Assembly: GCA_002737625.1 (NCBI GenBank)
Contig: NSIB01000003.1
Span: 1-47,448, forward strand
Reading direction: 5' to 3'
DNA: 47,448 nt
Source: Flavobacteriales bacterium
GTDB lineage: Bacteria > Bacteroidota > Bacteroidia > NS11-12g > UBA955
Shown here one piece after another: positions 18,769-28,840 of this stretch. The notes beneath the pieces were generated by a model. It worked only from the letters and a program-made list of their open reading frames with translations, was not told where the DNA came from and did no database searches. Position numbers and translations under genes: made by a program. Numbering within the stretch: the first letter of the stretch is position 1; the number at the start of each line of letters is the position of its first letter.

Positions 18769-21700
18769 TTATTTTTTGTTCTGCAATTCAGTGATGGCTT
18801 TTAGCAAAGCTTCGTTTTGTTTCTTCAATAATTCGATTTGCGCTTGTTGTTCTTGGATGGCCTTAACCATAGGGACTACAAATTCGCTATATCTCAAACC
18901 GTAAAGGTCTGTTTCTGATTTCGCTTTGTCAACACCGGAGAAGTCGTATCCGATTTCCTTCGCCGCTTTTTCGACATCCTGCGCTACAAATCCTGAAAAT
19001 CTTACACCTGTATTTGGGTTATTTTCTGTGGTAATGTTTGCGCTTGCAACCCCAGGAGTAACAGGTTGGTCCGCACTTACTGGTTGTAAAGCTTTGTTTA
19101 ATTTATCGAAATCAAAATTGTAAGTAACTGGCTGAAGCTTTAAAATGAAATCTAAACCTGGTACATTTTTTTGGATGTTGGTTTTGAAGCGACCATCTGA
19201 TAGGTTGGTCCACGCTGCAAATCCCCCAATGGAAGTAACAAAGTTATTTCCAATACGCACTTGGTTACTGGCGGTTGTTACGGCTTGATAACCTACGGCA
19301 GTTGCGTTTGTATTTGCACCACCAGTCCAGTCTGGTCCGGCCTGGAATCCAATGGCAGTATTGTTACCACCACTTGCAACTCTGGCAAGCGCTTGATAGC
19401 CTATTCCTGTATTATTGTTTGCAGTAGATAAATCATTTAACACATCATAACCCACAGCTGTATTATTTCCGGCTGTTGTAGAACTGGGCATTGCGGCGTA
19501 TCCTATGGCTGTATTTAATTGACCGGTGGTGTTGTTGTCTAATGATTGATATCCTATGGCTGTATTGTATGATCCACTGGTAGTTCTATACATAGATTGG
19601 TAACCAACTGCGGTATTTCTACCAGTATTACTATTTGTGTTGTTAAAAGTTCTCAGTGCTTGAGCGCCTAAGGCAACATTAAATTCTGTAGATGTAGCTG
19701 AAAGCAAAGATTCAAATCCCAGAGCGACGTTAAGGTTTCCTGTAGAATTTGCATTTAACGACAAATCGCCGATGGCGATGTTTTGACTTCCAGAAGTCAA
19801 AGAAACGGATGCAGGTGCTCCAATGGCTATATTGTTTATTCCTGAGGTATTTGCAGTTAATGACCTGAATCCAATGGCAGTATTGTTACTTGCCGTGGTG
19901 CTGGTGGCCAAGGTTTGGAAACCGATGGCTGTGTTGTTTGCTCCTGTTGTATTTGCCAATAAAGCGTCTGAACCTAAGGCGGAATTGTTTGAACTGGTTG
20001 TTGTTGCAGCTAGCGCACGATTGCCCAGAGCTACATTGTCCGAGCCAGTAGTGGCTGCCTTTAATGCGTTATATCCATTGGCTAAATTTCTGTTACCCGT
20101 GGTGTTGGCGGCTAGTGCTTCTGACCCATTGGCTGTATTGTTAATTCCCGTTGTATTTTTTGCAAGGGTATTGTAACCAACAGCGGTGTTATCGCTAGCA
20201 GTGTTCGTTGTGTTTAATGCATTGGCACCAACGGCGGTGTTGTTATTTGCAGTAGTTCCGGCGTTTAAGGATCTGGTTCCCACTGCGGTGTTATTTGCTC
20301 CCGTGGAGTTTGACTGTAACGCCACAAAACCCAGAGCCGTGTTGTTTGATCCGGAAGTATTTGAAAATAGCGCCTTACTACCAACGGCAGAGTTAAACGA
20401 GGCCTGGCCAGCTGCGGAAGAAATTCCATTGTTGAAAAGTGCGGAATCACCTACGGCAACCATATTGCCGCGTATTGTGTTGTTGTATAGTGTAGCGACA
20501 CCGATTGCCACGTTTGAATAACCTGTTGTGTTTTTGTACAAAGAAGCATATCCAACCGCCGTGTTGTTGTCGCCTTTTGTTGTGGTGTTTAAAGCCGCAA
20601 ATGCCCCCATTGCCGTGTTGCTGTTGGAGCCATAGCTAGTGTATAAAGATTGATAGCCACTGCTTGTATTCCAATTACCGGACGTGTTAACGGTAAGAGC
20701 ATACATACCTGAAGCCGTATTGCCTACGCCACTGCTATTGTAAAGCAAAGAATAAAAGCCATAAGCACAATTGTAATATCCGTTTCCATTGTACAGCATT
20801 GCTCCATAACCTATGGCACAATTATAGTTTCCGGTTTGGTTGTAACTCATCGCATACATACCGATGGCGACGTTATAGTATGAGTTGTAGGTTTGCTTTA
20901 ACGCCTCAAAACCGATACCGATGTTGCCATAATTGAATTGACCGGTTTCCATAACACGTTGTCCTAAACCGATATTGTAACTGCCAGATCGATTGCCCGA
21001 CATGACCTTTGGGCCGATGGCGATATTTTCAACGCCTTGAGTGCTTCCCGTAGCTCCAATTCCGTTGGACGATAATGCATATTGTCCTATCGCAATAATA
21101 TCACCCTTGTTGTTTGCTGCTTTCTCTAAAGCGCTTAGCCCGATAGCAATATTTTGGGCGCCATTTGATGTGTTATTTGCATTGGTCCCCAATGAAATAT
21201 TGTCGTTTATTGGACTGATTTCCCCGGCCCACTTATTATTTACTCTAAATCTAAGTGCCTTGTTGTCTTGGGTTCCCAAGAAATGCTTTGTATCATCCGT
21301 TCCTTTGTTGCCTATGATTCTCCAACTCCACAGTGTGTCTGTTTTGTTTAAGAAGTTTGTAGCAATTGTTGTCGCCGCTATGATTTGTCCTTCGGAATTT
21401 ACAGTAACCACAGGAATAGAATCCATGGCGCCATATTTTCTTGCAGTAACACCTGTTGTTTTTAATGCAACGGTTCCTTTTCCTTGAATATAACCGCCTG
21501 TTAAACCTTTTCCGAAAGTGATTGAACGCATCACGGGTACCCATTTGGTGTTTTCGTAGTACCATAAACCCACGGTATCGTCGGTTTGATATACCAACAA
21601 TCCATTGGCTGGCGATGCAATTAGACTTTTCTGTGCTTTAGACAACCTAGGAATCAGCAACCCTTTGTTGCTAGTTGAAATATCCAACATCGCCGAAGGG

Positions 21701-21813
21701 TCTGGATTTGCTCCCGTTTCGTTGATACCCACGTTTTGGGCCTGAATGGATAACTGCGTTCCGATGGTTAAAATAAAAACAAATGCAATTTGTTTGAGTA
21801 AGTGCTTATTCAT
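18769..21813 (-). CDS. Exported tail-fibre/adhesin-like protein with 14-aa beta-roll repeats and a C-terminal peptidase S74 (intramolecular chaperone) domain
   Basis: Signal peptide; NVGINET..P.PSAMLDI.S.NKGLLIPR head; many N[TV]A[IV]GxxAL repeats; SDGRFKTNI...GFVAQDVE...YSEFVVPMVKAIQEQQ coiled coil. Confidence 0.85.
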   Translation of the reverse strand: MNKHLLKQIAFVFILTIGTQLSIQAQNVGINETGANPDPSAMLDISTSNKGLLIPRLSKAQKSLIASPANGLLVYQTDDTVGLWYYENTKWVPVMRSITFGKGLTGGYIQGKGTVALKTTGVTARKYGAMDSIPVVTVNSEGQIIAATTIATNFLNKTDTLWSWRIIGNKGTDDTKHFLGTQDNKALRFRVNNKWAGEISPINDNISLGTNANNTSNGAQNIAIGLSALEKAANNKGDIIAIGQYALSSNGIGATGSTQGVENIAIGPKVMSGNRSGSYNIGLGQRVMETGQFNYGNIGIGFEALKQTYNSYYNVAIGMYAMSYNQTGNYNCAIGYGAMLYNGNGYYNCAYGFYSLLYNSSGVGNTASGMYALTVNTSGNWNTSSGYQSLYTSYGSNSNTAMGAFAALNTTTKGDNNTAVGYASLYKNTTGYSNVAIGVATLYNNTIRGNMVAVGDSALFNNGISSAAGQASFNSAVGSKALFSNTSGSNNTALGFVALQSNSTGANNTAVGTRSLNAGTTANNNTAVGANALNTTNTASDNTAVGYNTLAKNTTGINNTANGSEALAANTTGNRNLANGYNALKAATTGSDNVALGNRALAATTTSSNNSALGSDALLANTTGANNTAIGFQTLATSTTASNNTAIGFRSLTANTSGINNIAIGAPASVSLTSGSQNIAIGDLSLNANSTGNLNVALGFESLLSATSTEFNVALGAQALRTFNNTNSNTGRNTAVGYQSMYRTTSGSYNTAIGYQSLDNNTTGQLNTAIGYAAMPSSTTAGNNTAVGYDVLNDLSTANNNTGIGYQALARVASGGNNTAIGFQAGPDWTGGANTNATAVGYQAVTTASNQVRIGNNFVTSIGGFAAWTNLSDGRFKTNIQKNVPGLDFILKLQPVTYNFDFDKLNKALQPVSADQPVTPGVASANITTENNPNTGVRFSGFVAQDVEKAAKEIGYDFSGVDKAKSETDLYGLRYSEFVVPMVKAIQEQQAQIELLKKQNEALLKAITELQNKK
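19270..21200 (-). repeat. Degenerate coding tandem repeat, about 42-nt/14-aa period (NTAxGxxALxxNTTG)
   Basis: Periodic NTAVG/NIAIG/NVALG units are visible throughout the translation; DNA copies are strongly diverged. Boundaries approximate. Confidence 0.85.
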
Positions 21814-21972
21814 AGAATTAAATTAGGCTGCTAATATAGTGTATCTGCGATAAAGACACAATTAAAACAGATTGGGTTGCTTGGTTTTTTTGAGTGTATT
21901 GTCCCTTGTGGTTGATCTGTCAATTGATTATTGTTGGTTTTTCGACTTGCAATACTTTAATTTGTTTTTAAT

Positions 21973-22452
21973 ATGAAAAATAAATTTTTTAGCATTGGTC
22001 GCATCGCAATGATAATAATTGCCAGCGTTGTTCTTGTTTCATTGGCCGGTTGCGGTGATAAATCAACACCCACACCCACACCTTCAAAAACCGAATTGAT
22101 CTGCAAAGGCAAATGGGAAATCGCTTCCTTGCCTATCGAACCTGCCCTCGATTTGGGTGGTGGAGTGAAGTTGACGGACTATACTCAAATGTTGCAAGAT
22201 TGCGAAAAGGACAATTTTTATGCATTCAAAGCAGACAATACTTACACATTGGATGAAGGTTTATTAAAGTGCAATCCAGCAGATCCCCAAACAAAACCCG
22301 GTGTATGGAGTTTGAGTGCCGATGGCAAGATCTTTACATTGGATGGTGAAAAAGCGATCTTGATTTTGATTGATGACAATAACTTGCACACCAGAGTAGA
22401 CAGCTTCTTGCAAAATAGCAGTCTTACAGCGAAATTCCGCAAAAGACCTTAG
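21973..22452 (+). CDS. Lipocalin-like domain lipoprotein
   Basis: Lipobox LAGC, PTPTP linker, LICKGKW, DCEKDNFYAFKAD, GVWSLSAD. Confidence 0.75.
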   Translation: MKNKFFSIGRIAMIIIASVVLVSLAGCGDKSTPTPTPSKTELICKGKWEIASLPIEPALDLGGGVKLTDYTQMLQDCEKDNFYAFKADNTYTLDEGLLKCNPADPQTKPGVWSLSADGKIFTLDGEKAILILIDDNNLHTRVDSFLQNSSLTAKFRKRP

Positions 22453-22475
22453 TCGTTTCGTTTAATGCGATTGAT

Positions 22476-22507
22476 ATAAAGCGGGGCGCAATAGCGCCCC
22501 GCTTTAT
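22476..22507. terminator. 14-bp perfect stem-loop after the lipoprotein gene (probable terminator)
   Basis: ATAAAGCGGGGCGC-AATA-GCGCCCCGCTTTAT; U-tract is short. Confidence 0.6.
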
Positions 22508-22556
22508 CGTTATTACCCATTTCGAAATACCGCCAATCCTAGATTCCGGCGATTAA

Positions 22557-22588
22557 TTTGGCACTTTAAAAGCTATCGCCTATCTTTG
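22557..22588 (+). promoter_or_regulatory. Bacteroidota promoter for guaB (-33 TTTG, -7 TATCTTTG)
   Basis: TTTG at 22557-22560, 20-nt spacer, TATCTTTG at 22581-22588: full consensus. Confidence 0.8.
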
Positions 22589-22633
22589 CACTGCAAATAA
22601 CCATTCCAATTTCTCTCTTAATTCGTTATTTGC

Positions 22634-24106
22634 ATGTCTACCCAAAACAATTCCAAAATCGCCACAGAAGGACTCACGTTTGATGATGTTCTTGTTGTTC
22701 CACGTTATTCTGAGGTTATGCCTCGCGACGTAAATACATCGGTTCAACTGACCCGCAATTTGCGCCTGAATATCCCTATTATGTCGGCCGCCATGGATAC
22801 CGTTACCGAAAGTGGCATGGCCATCGCAATGGCAAGGGAAGGGGGTATTGGCATCATTCATAAAAACATGACCATCGCCCGGCAGGCCGAGGAGGTGAAA
22901 AAGGTAAAACGATCTGAAAGTGGGATGATTATGGAGCCGGTTACATTGGGCGCGGATGCCGTTCTGCGAGAAGCGGTGAATTTGATGCGAGAACACAAAA
23001 TTGGTGGGATTCCGGTGGTAAATGAAAAGAATCAGTTGGTAGGGATTATCACGAATCGTGATTTGCGTTTCGAAAAGGATTTGGATAAAAAAGTGAGTGA
23101 CGTGATGACCCGTGAAAATTTAATCACGGCTGCGGTAGGTACAGACCTGAGAGGGGCGCAGGAGATTTTAGAGAAATACAAAATTGAGAAGTTGCCAATT
23201 GTAGATGTAGAGAATACATTGGTTGGGTTGATTACTTTTAAAGACATTCAAAAGGTAAAAAACCATCCAAAAGCCTGTAAGGATTCACATGGCCGTTTGG
23301 TTGTGGGGGCTGCGGTGGGTGTTACCGCCGATACGTTAGAGCGCGTGAGTGCTTTGGTTGCTGTGGGGGTGGATGTGATTGCGATTGATACTGCACACGG
23401 TCATTCGAGAGGTGTGATTAATGAAGTGAAGCGTGTAAAAACGGCTTTTCCTCAGCTTCAAATTATTGCGGGGAATATCGCCACGGGGGCGGCGGCGAAG
23501 GCCTTGGCCGAAGCCGGCGCAGATGCTGTTAAAGTGGGTGTGGGTCCAGGCAGTATTTGTACAACTAGAATTATTGCGGGTATCGGAATGCCTCAATTAA
23601 CGGCGTTGATGGAAGCGGCTGAGGCCTTGGAAGGCACCGGGGTTCCTGTGATTGCTGATGGGGGGATTCGTTACAGTGGCGATATCGTAAAGGCATTGGT
23701 TGCAGGTGCCAATGTGATTATGGCCGGTGGGCTGTTTGCTGGTACGGAAGAAGCACCCGGTGAAACTACTTTTTTTGAAGGTAGGAAAGTGAAAAGCTAT
23801 CGCGGAATGGGTAGCATCGAAGCGATGAAAGACGGGTCAAAAGATCGGTATTTTCAGGATGCCGAAGAAGAGGTTTCCAAACTGGTGCCCGAAGGGATTG
23901 TGGGCTCTGTGGCATATAAAGGACAGGTGTCTGAGGTGTTGTATCAGTTGGTTGGGGGAATTCGTGCGGGAATGGGCTATTGTGGTTCGGCCACTATAGA
24001 CGAGTTACAAACTTCAAAATTTGTCCGTATCACGAACGCAGGGATGAGAGAAAGTCATCCTCACGACGTGTCGATAACTCGCGAAGCGCCAAATTACAGT
24101 CGTTGA
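22634..24106 (+). CDS. guaB: IMP dehydrogenase
   Basis: [22 protein letters not shown] pair, [32 protein letters not shown]. Confidence 0.98.
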   Translation: MSTQNNSKIATEGLTFDDVLVVPRYSEVMPRDVNTSVQLTRNLRLNIPIMSAAMDTVTESGMAIAMAREGGIGIIHKNMTIARQAEEVKKVKRSESGMIMEPVTLGADAVLREAVNLMREHKIGGIPVVNEKNQLVGIITNRDLRFEKDLDKKVSDVMTRENLITAAVGTDLRGAQEILEKYKIEKLPIVDVENTLVGLITFKDIQKVKNHPKACKDSHGRLVVGAAVGVTADTLERVSALVAVGVDVIAIDTAHGHSRGVINEVKRVKTAFPQLQIIAGNIATGAAAKALAEAGADAVKVGVGPGSICTTRIIAGIGMPQLTALMEAAEALEGTGVPVIADGGIRYSGDIVKALVAGANVIMAGGLFAGTEEAPGETTFFEGRKVKSYRGMGSIEAMKDGSKDRYFQDAEEEVSKLVPEGIVGSVAYKGQVSEVLYQLVGGIRAGMGYCGSATIDELQTSKFVRITNAGMRESHPHDVSITREAPNYSR

Positions 24107-24186
24107 TATAAAGTTAATCTGGGAAGTGCAACTTCCATAGACAATTGCATTTTTGCTTCGGTTGAGATATCTATCTTTGCCATAAC

Positions 24187-25305
24187 ATGCGGAAAGTAAA
24201 TTCTTTTTTTGAAGTAAATTTAGTCCTGGGATTGGGTTTCCTATTGATTTTGGCTGGTTGCGGTGCAATGGGCTCCAAGAGACATGGGTGCAAGGTGGAT
24301 ACGCATCTTTTAGATTCGCTTCTTGCATCGGGTTCCAATCAACCACCGGTGGCTCCTCTTCGGGTGTCGTTTTATAATTTGGAGAATTTATTTGATACGG
24401 TAGATGGTCCAAACGACGATACGGAGTTTTTGCCGAATTCGGCGAATGCATGGAACGGTGAGAGGTATAAGAGTAAGTTGCGGAATATGGCGCAGGTTAT
24501 TGATAGTATAGCACCTGACATTTTGGGATTGGTAGAATTAGAGAATGCTTTTGTTTTGGAGGATTTGCGTGCCAACAGTGTGGTGATGAAGGGGAAGTTT
24601 GAGATTGCGCATCGGGAATCTCCGGATTTAAGGGGTATTGATGTTGCGCTGATGTATAATGCGGAGTTATTTAGAATTTCTGGGATATGTATGATTCCAA
24701 TTACTTTGCCTGATGGTTATGCCACGCGGAGTATTATGCGGGTTCATTTGGTTGAGAAGGGCACGGGTGATTCTTTGGCGGTATTTATTAACCATTGGCC
24801 AAGTCGTCGCGGCGGTGCGGCCAGTGCGGCAAGCCGCATGGCCGCCGCCGCCGCTCTCTTGCAAAACATTCAATCTTTACCCAATCTACCCAATAATTAT
24901 ATCCTTTTGGGTGATTTTAACGATGATCCAGAAGATAAATCAATCACCGAGGGTCTCAATGCTGGTGATTCATATCACCCCATTGTCAATTTGGCTTTTC
25001 TTGCGCGCGCGAAAGACACTACCGTGGGCACCATTGCTTGGTATGATGGCTGGAATATGTTTGATCAAATCATGTTGAGTAGGGCCCTGTATTTTGCCAA
25101 CTTGCACAACAATGAAACACTGGCCAACAAACAAATTGCCGTTGCTGAGCCTCGTATCAACGTATATAAACGCCCTTGGATGCTTCAGCATGGAGGGAAA
25201 TACGATGGTTGGCCCTTGCGAACCTTTGCCGGTAAAAAATACATGAATGGGTATTCAGATCACTTGCCCGTCTATACAGACCTGGTCCTCGTGCATCGTC
25301 ATTAA
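24187..25305 (+). CDS. Endonuclease/exonuclease/phosphatase family lipoprotein
   Basis: Lipobox LAGC; FYNLENLFD, GLVELEN, SPDLRGIDVAL, NHWPSRRGG, LGDFND, WNMFDQI, GYSDHLPV. TATCTTTG box at 24172-24179. Confidence 0.9.
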   Translation: MRKVNSFFEVNLVLGLGFLLILAGCGAMGSKRHGCKVDTHLLDSLLASGSNQPPVAPLRVSFYNLENLFDTVDGPNDDTEFLPNSANAWNGERYKSKLRNMAQVIDSIAPDILGLVELENAFVLEDLRANSVVMKGKFEIAHRESPDLRGIDVALMYNAELFRISGICMIPITLPDGYATRSIMRVHLVEKGTGDSLAVFINHWPSRRGGAASAASRMAAAAALLQNIQSLPNLPNNYILLGDFNDDPEDKSITEGLNAGDSYHPIVNLAFLARAKDTTVGTIAWYDGWNMFDQIMLSRALYFANLHNNETLANKQIAVAEPRINVYKRPWMLQHGGKYDGWPLRTFAGKKYMNGYSDHLPVYTDLVLVHRH

Positions 25306-25309
25306 GCAA

Positions 25310-26965
<1,656 letters not shown>

Positions 26966-27032
26966 TTAATGTCTTAATGGGAAAGTAATTCGCTAGTTTT
27001 CAACAAAGGAGAGGGGGCCGCATCGCGGCGGT

Positions 27033-28028
27033 TCAATCGTTTAAGACTTGCTGACGTAATTTGTCGATACTCACATAAATCGCTCTAAAAAACTGATTTC
27101 TTGATTTTTCAGCCACCAAACTTAAATGGGTGCTTTTAGAAATCATATTTCTCAGCCATCCTTCATTGGATTCGTTGAAATAGCGATTGTTACTGCGCAT
27201 AAAATTGAATGAGTTGTAACTGATATAACTGGCTTGATGCGTATCAGATGTCAGGAAAACAGCATTATTTCCAATCATCAATTCACAACCATACATAGAA
27301 TATTCAACGTCATAGTATTGATCCTTGATAGGGTTGTATTTTTTACCCATTGCTGCTTGTTTTGTTGCCATTGCAAGGATTCCATCTAGATCTTCTAAGA
27401 TGGCGAGAATGGTTTCTTTCTTTTGAAAAAATCCGGCTTCCCAATAGAATTTGATTTGTTGAATGCTACTTTTCAGGGTATCGTCGTTCCAAATCTCTGT
27501 AGTTGGCATTTTAAGAAATACTTCTCTCACTTTAGGGACTTCTTCTAGCCAAGTGGGAGGCAATTGAATTTCTTCTATTGTTTTGCCTTGCAAGGCTTCG
27601 GCGTTAAGGATACTCTTATTCCAATACACCATTTTGAAAAGTGCGAGATTGGGGAAGAAGAAATGGTAGAATACGGGCAGGTCTTCTGCGGCATAGATGA
27701 GATGATGATTGGGGTATTTCATCATCCAGTTTAAATCGCCGTGGAGCACTTGTAAATATTGACTAAAACTTTCGGCGCTATTGGAAAGTTTGTTGATTCT
27801 AAAGGCGACCATATTGGAGTTGATTTCCGCTAGGGCCTCCAAAGGGATGTTAAAATGCTTGCAAATGGCGAATGTTTCCGACAAAGTGATATCGGTTTCG
27901 CATCTCAATCTTCTGTAGACAGAATCGAGTGAAATCTTCAATAGTTCGCTCAATTCCTCCGCTAGGCTAATGTGGGTGGCGGTTGATCGCTTTAGAAGTT
28001 CAATGAAATTCGATTGGATAGCTTCCAT
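27033..28028 (-). CDS. Putative transcriptional regulator with N-terminal HTH and C-terminal ligand-binding-like domain
   Basis: LAEELSELLKISLDSVYRRLRCET.ITLSE...ICKHFNIPLE helix-turn-helix. Start set at ATG 28028. Confidence 0.75.
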   Translation of the reverse strand: MEAIQSNFIELLKRSTATHISLAEELSELLKISLDSVYRRLRCETDITLSETFAICKHFNIPLEALAEINSNMVAFRINKLSNSAESFSQYLQVLHGDLNWMMKYPNHHLIYAAEDLPVFYHFFFPNLALFKMVYWNKSILNAEALQGKTIEEIQLPPTWLEEVPKVREVFLKMPTTEIWNDDTLKSSIQQIKFYWEAGFFQKKETILAILEDLDGILAMATKQAAMGKKYNPIKDQYYDVEYSMYGCELMIGNNAVFLTSDTHQASYISYNSFNFMRSNNRYFNESNEGWLRNMISKSTHLSLVAEKSRNQFFRAIYVSIDKLRQQVLND

Positions 28029-28063
28029 ATTTTTGCGATTTTCCGTAAAGGTATAAAAAAACT

Positions 28064-28080
28064 GTTGCAAAAAATGCAAC
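28064..28080. promoter_or_regulatory. Inverted repeat GTTGCA-N5-TGCAAC, candidate operator
   Basis: Perfect 6-bp arms in the short intergenic region upstream of the HTH gene. Confidence 0.45.
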
Positions 28081-28095
28081 TTTTTTATCAATCGC

Positions 28096-28758
28096 TCAAT
28101 TTTGGATAATATCCAACTGTCCGTCTTTCATTTGAAGGATTCTGTTGGCGATGTTGGCCAAGGCCATGTTGTGTGTAACAATGACCAATGTTTGGTTAAA
28201 ATCGTCGCGCATTTTTTGGAAATAATCGTGGATCAGGCAAGCGTTTTGGGTGTCGAGATTGCCGGTGGGTTCATCGGCAAAAATTACTTTGGGTTGATTG
28301 AATTGGGCTCTTGCGATGGCCACGCGTTGTTGTTCTCCGCCAGACAGCTGTCCGGGTTTGTGGTGGATGCGATGGGAAAGTCCAAAATAGTCTAGGAGTT
28401 CTTTGCCTCTTTTTTCGGCGGTGCTAATGGAAGTTCCGGCAATCAATCCTGGCATCATAGCATTTTCCAATGCAGTAAATTCGGGTAATAATTGATGAAA
28501 TTGAAATACAAATCCCAGCGAAGAATTTCTAAAATGTGCAAGATGTTTTCCTTTGAGCGTAGAAAGGTTCTGTCCATCAATTTTGATATCTCCTTCATCA
28601 GCCTTATCAAGTGTTCCCAGGATTTGTAGTAAAGTGCTTTTGCCTGCGCCACTTTCGCCAATGATGGACAGGATTTCACCGGCTTCGATGGAAAGGCTTA
28701 CCCCTTTCACCACGTGAAGTGGGCCATAGTACTTGTGTAAATTGTTGCAGAAAACCAT
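28096..28758 (-). CDS. ABC transporter ATP-binding protein, LolD-like
   Basis: GESGAGKST, GFVFQFHQLLPEFTALEN, LSGGEQQRVAIARA, FADEPTGNLD, VTHN. Confidence 0.9.
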   Translation of the reverse strand: MVFCNNLHKYYGPLHVVKGVSLSIEAGEILSIIGESGAGKSTLLQILGTLDKADEGDIKIDGQNLSTLKGKHLAHFRNSSLGFVFQFHQLLPEFTALENAMMPGLIAGTSISTAEKRGKELLDYFGLSHRIHHKPGQLSGGEQQRVAIARAQFNQPKVIFADEPTGNLDTQNACLIHDYFQKMRDDFNQTLVIVTHNMALANIANRILQMKDGQLDIIQN

Positions 28759-28791
28759 CTTAAAGTTGCGTAATTATGCCTTTAATTGGGT

Positions 28792-28809
28792 CAAAGTTAG
28801 TTAATTTTG
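28792..28809. promoter_or_regulatory. Back-to-back -7 boxes for the divergent LolD-like gene and sucC
   Basis: TAACTTTG on minus (28792-28799) and TAATTTTG on plus (28802-28809). Confidence 0.65.
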
Positions 28810-28840
28810 CAGCGCAATTATCTAGCATTCTCGCAACAAC

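Noticed and set aside
19270-21200. Fibre repeats as a CRISPR array or DGR target
   Set aside because: Repeats are conserved at protein level only. I saw no identical DNA repeats, no template/variable repeat pair differing at adenines, and no reverse transcriptase or cas gene.
18769-21813. Prophage remnant
   Set aside because: The fibre has a Sec signal peptide, and there are no integrase, capsid, terminase or other tail genes nearby.
24080-24088. Isolated CGCGAAGCG matches (also near 31380)
   Set aside because: Only 3-bp Watson-Crick stems, explained by Arg-Glu-Ala codons.
27017-27029. GCCGC-ATC-GCGGC mini-hairpin between the regulator gene and pyrG
   Set aside because: Only 5 bp with no clear U-tract or skew switch; too short to distinguish from chance.
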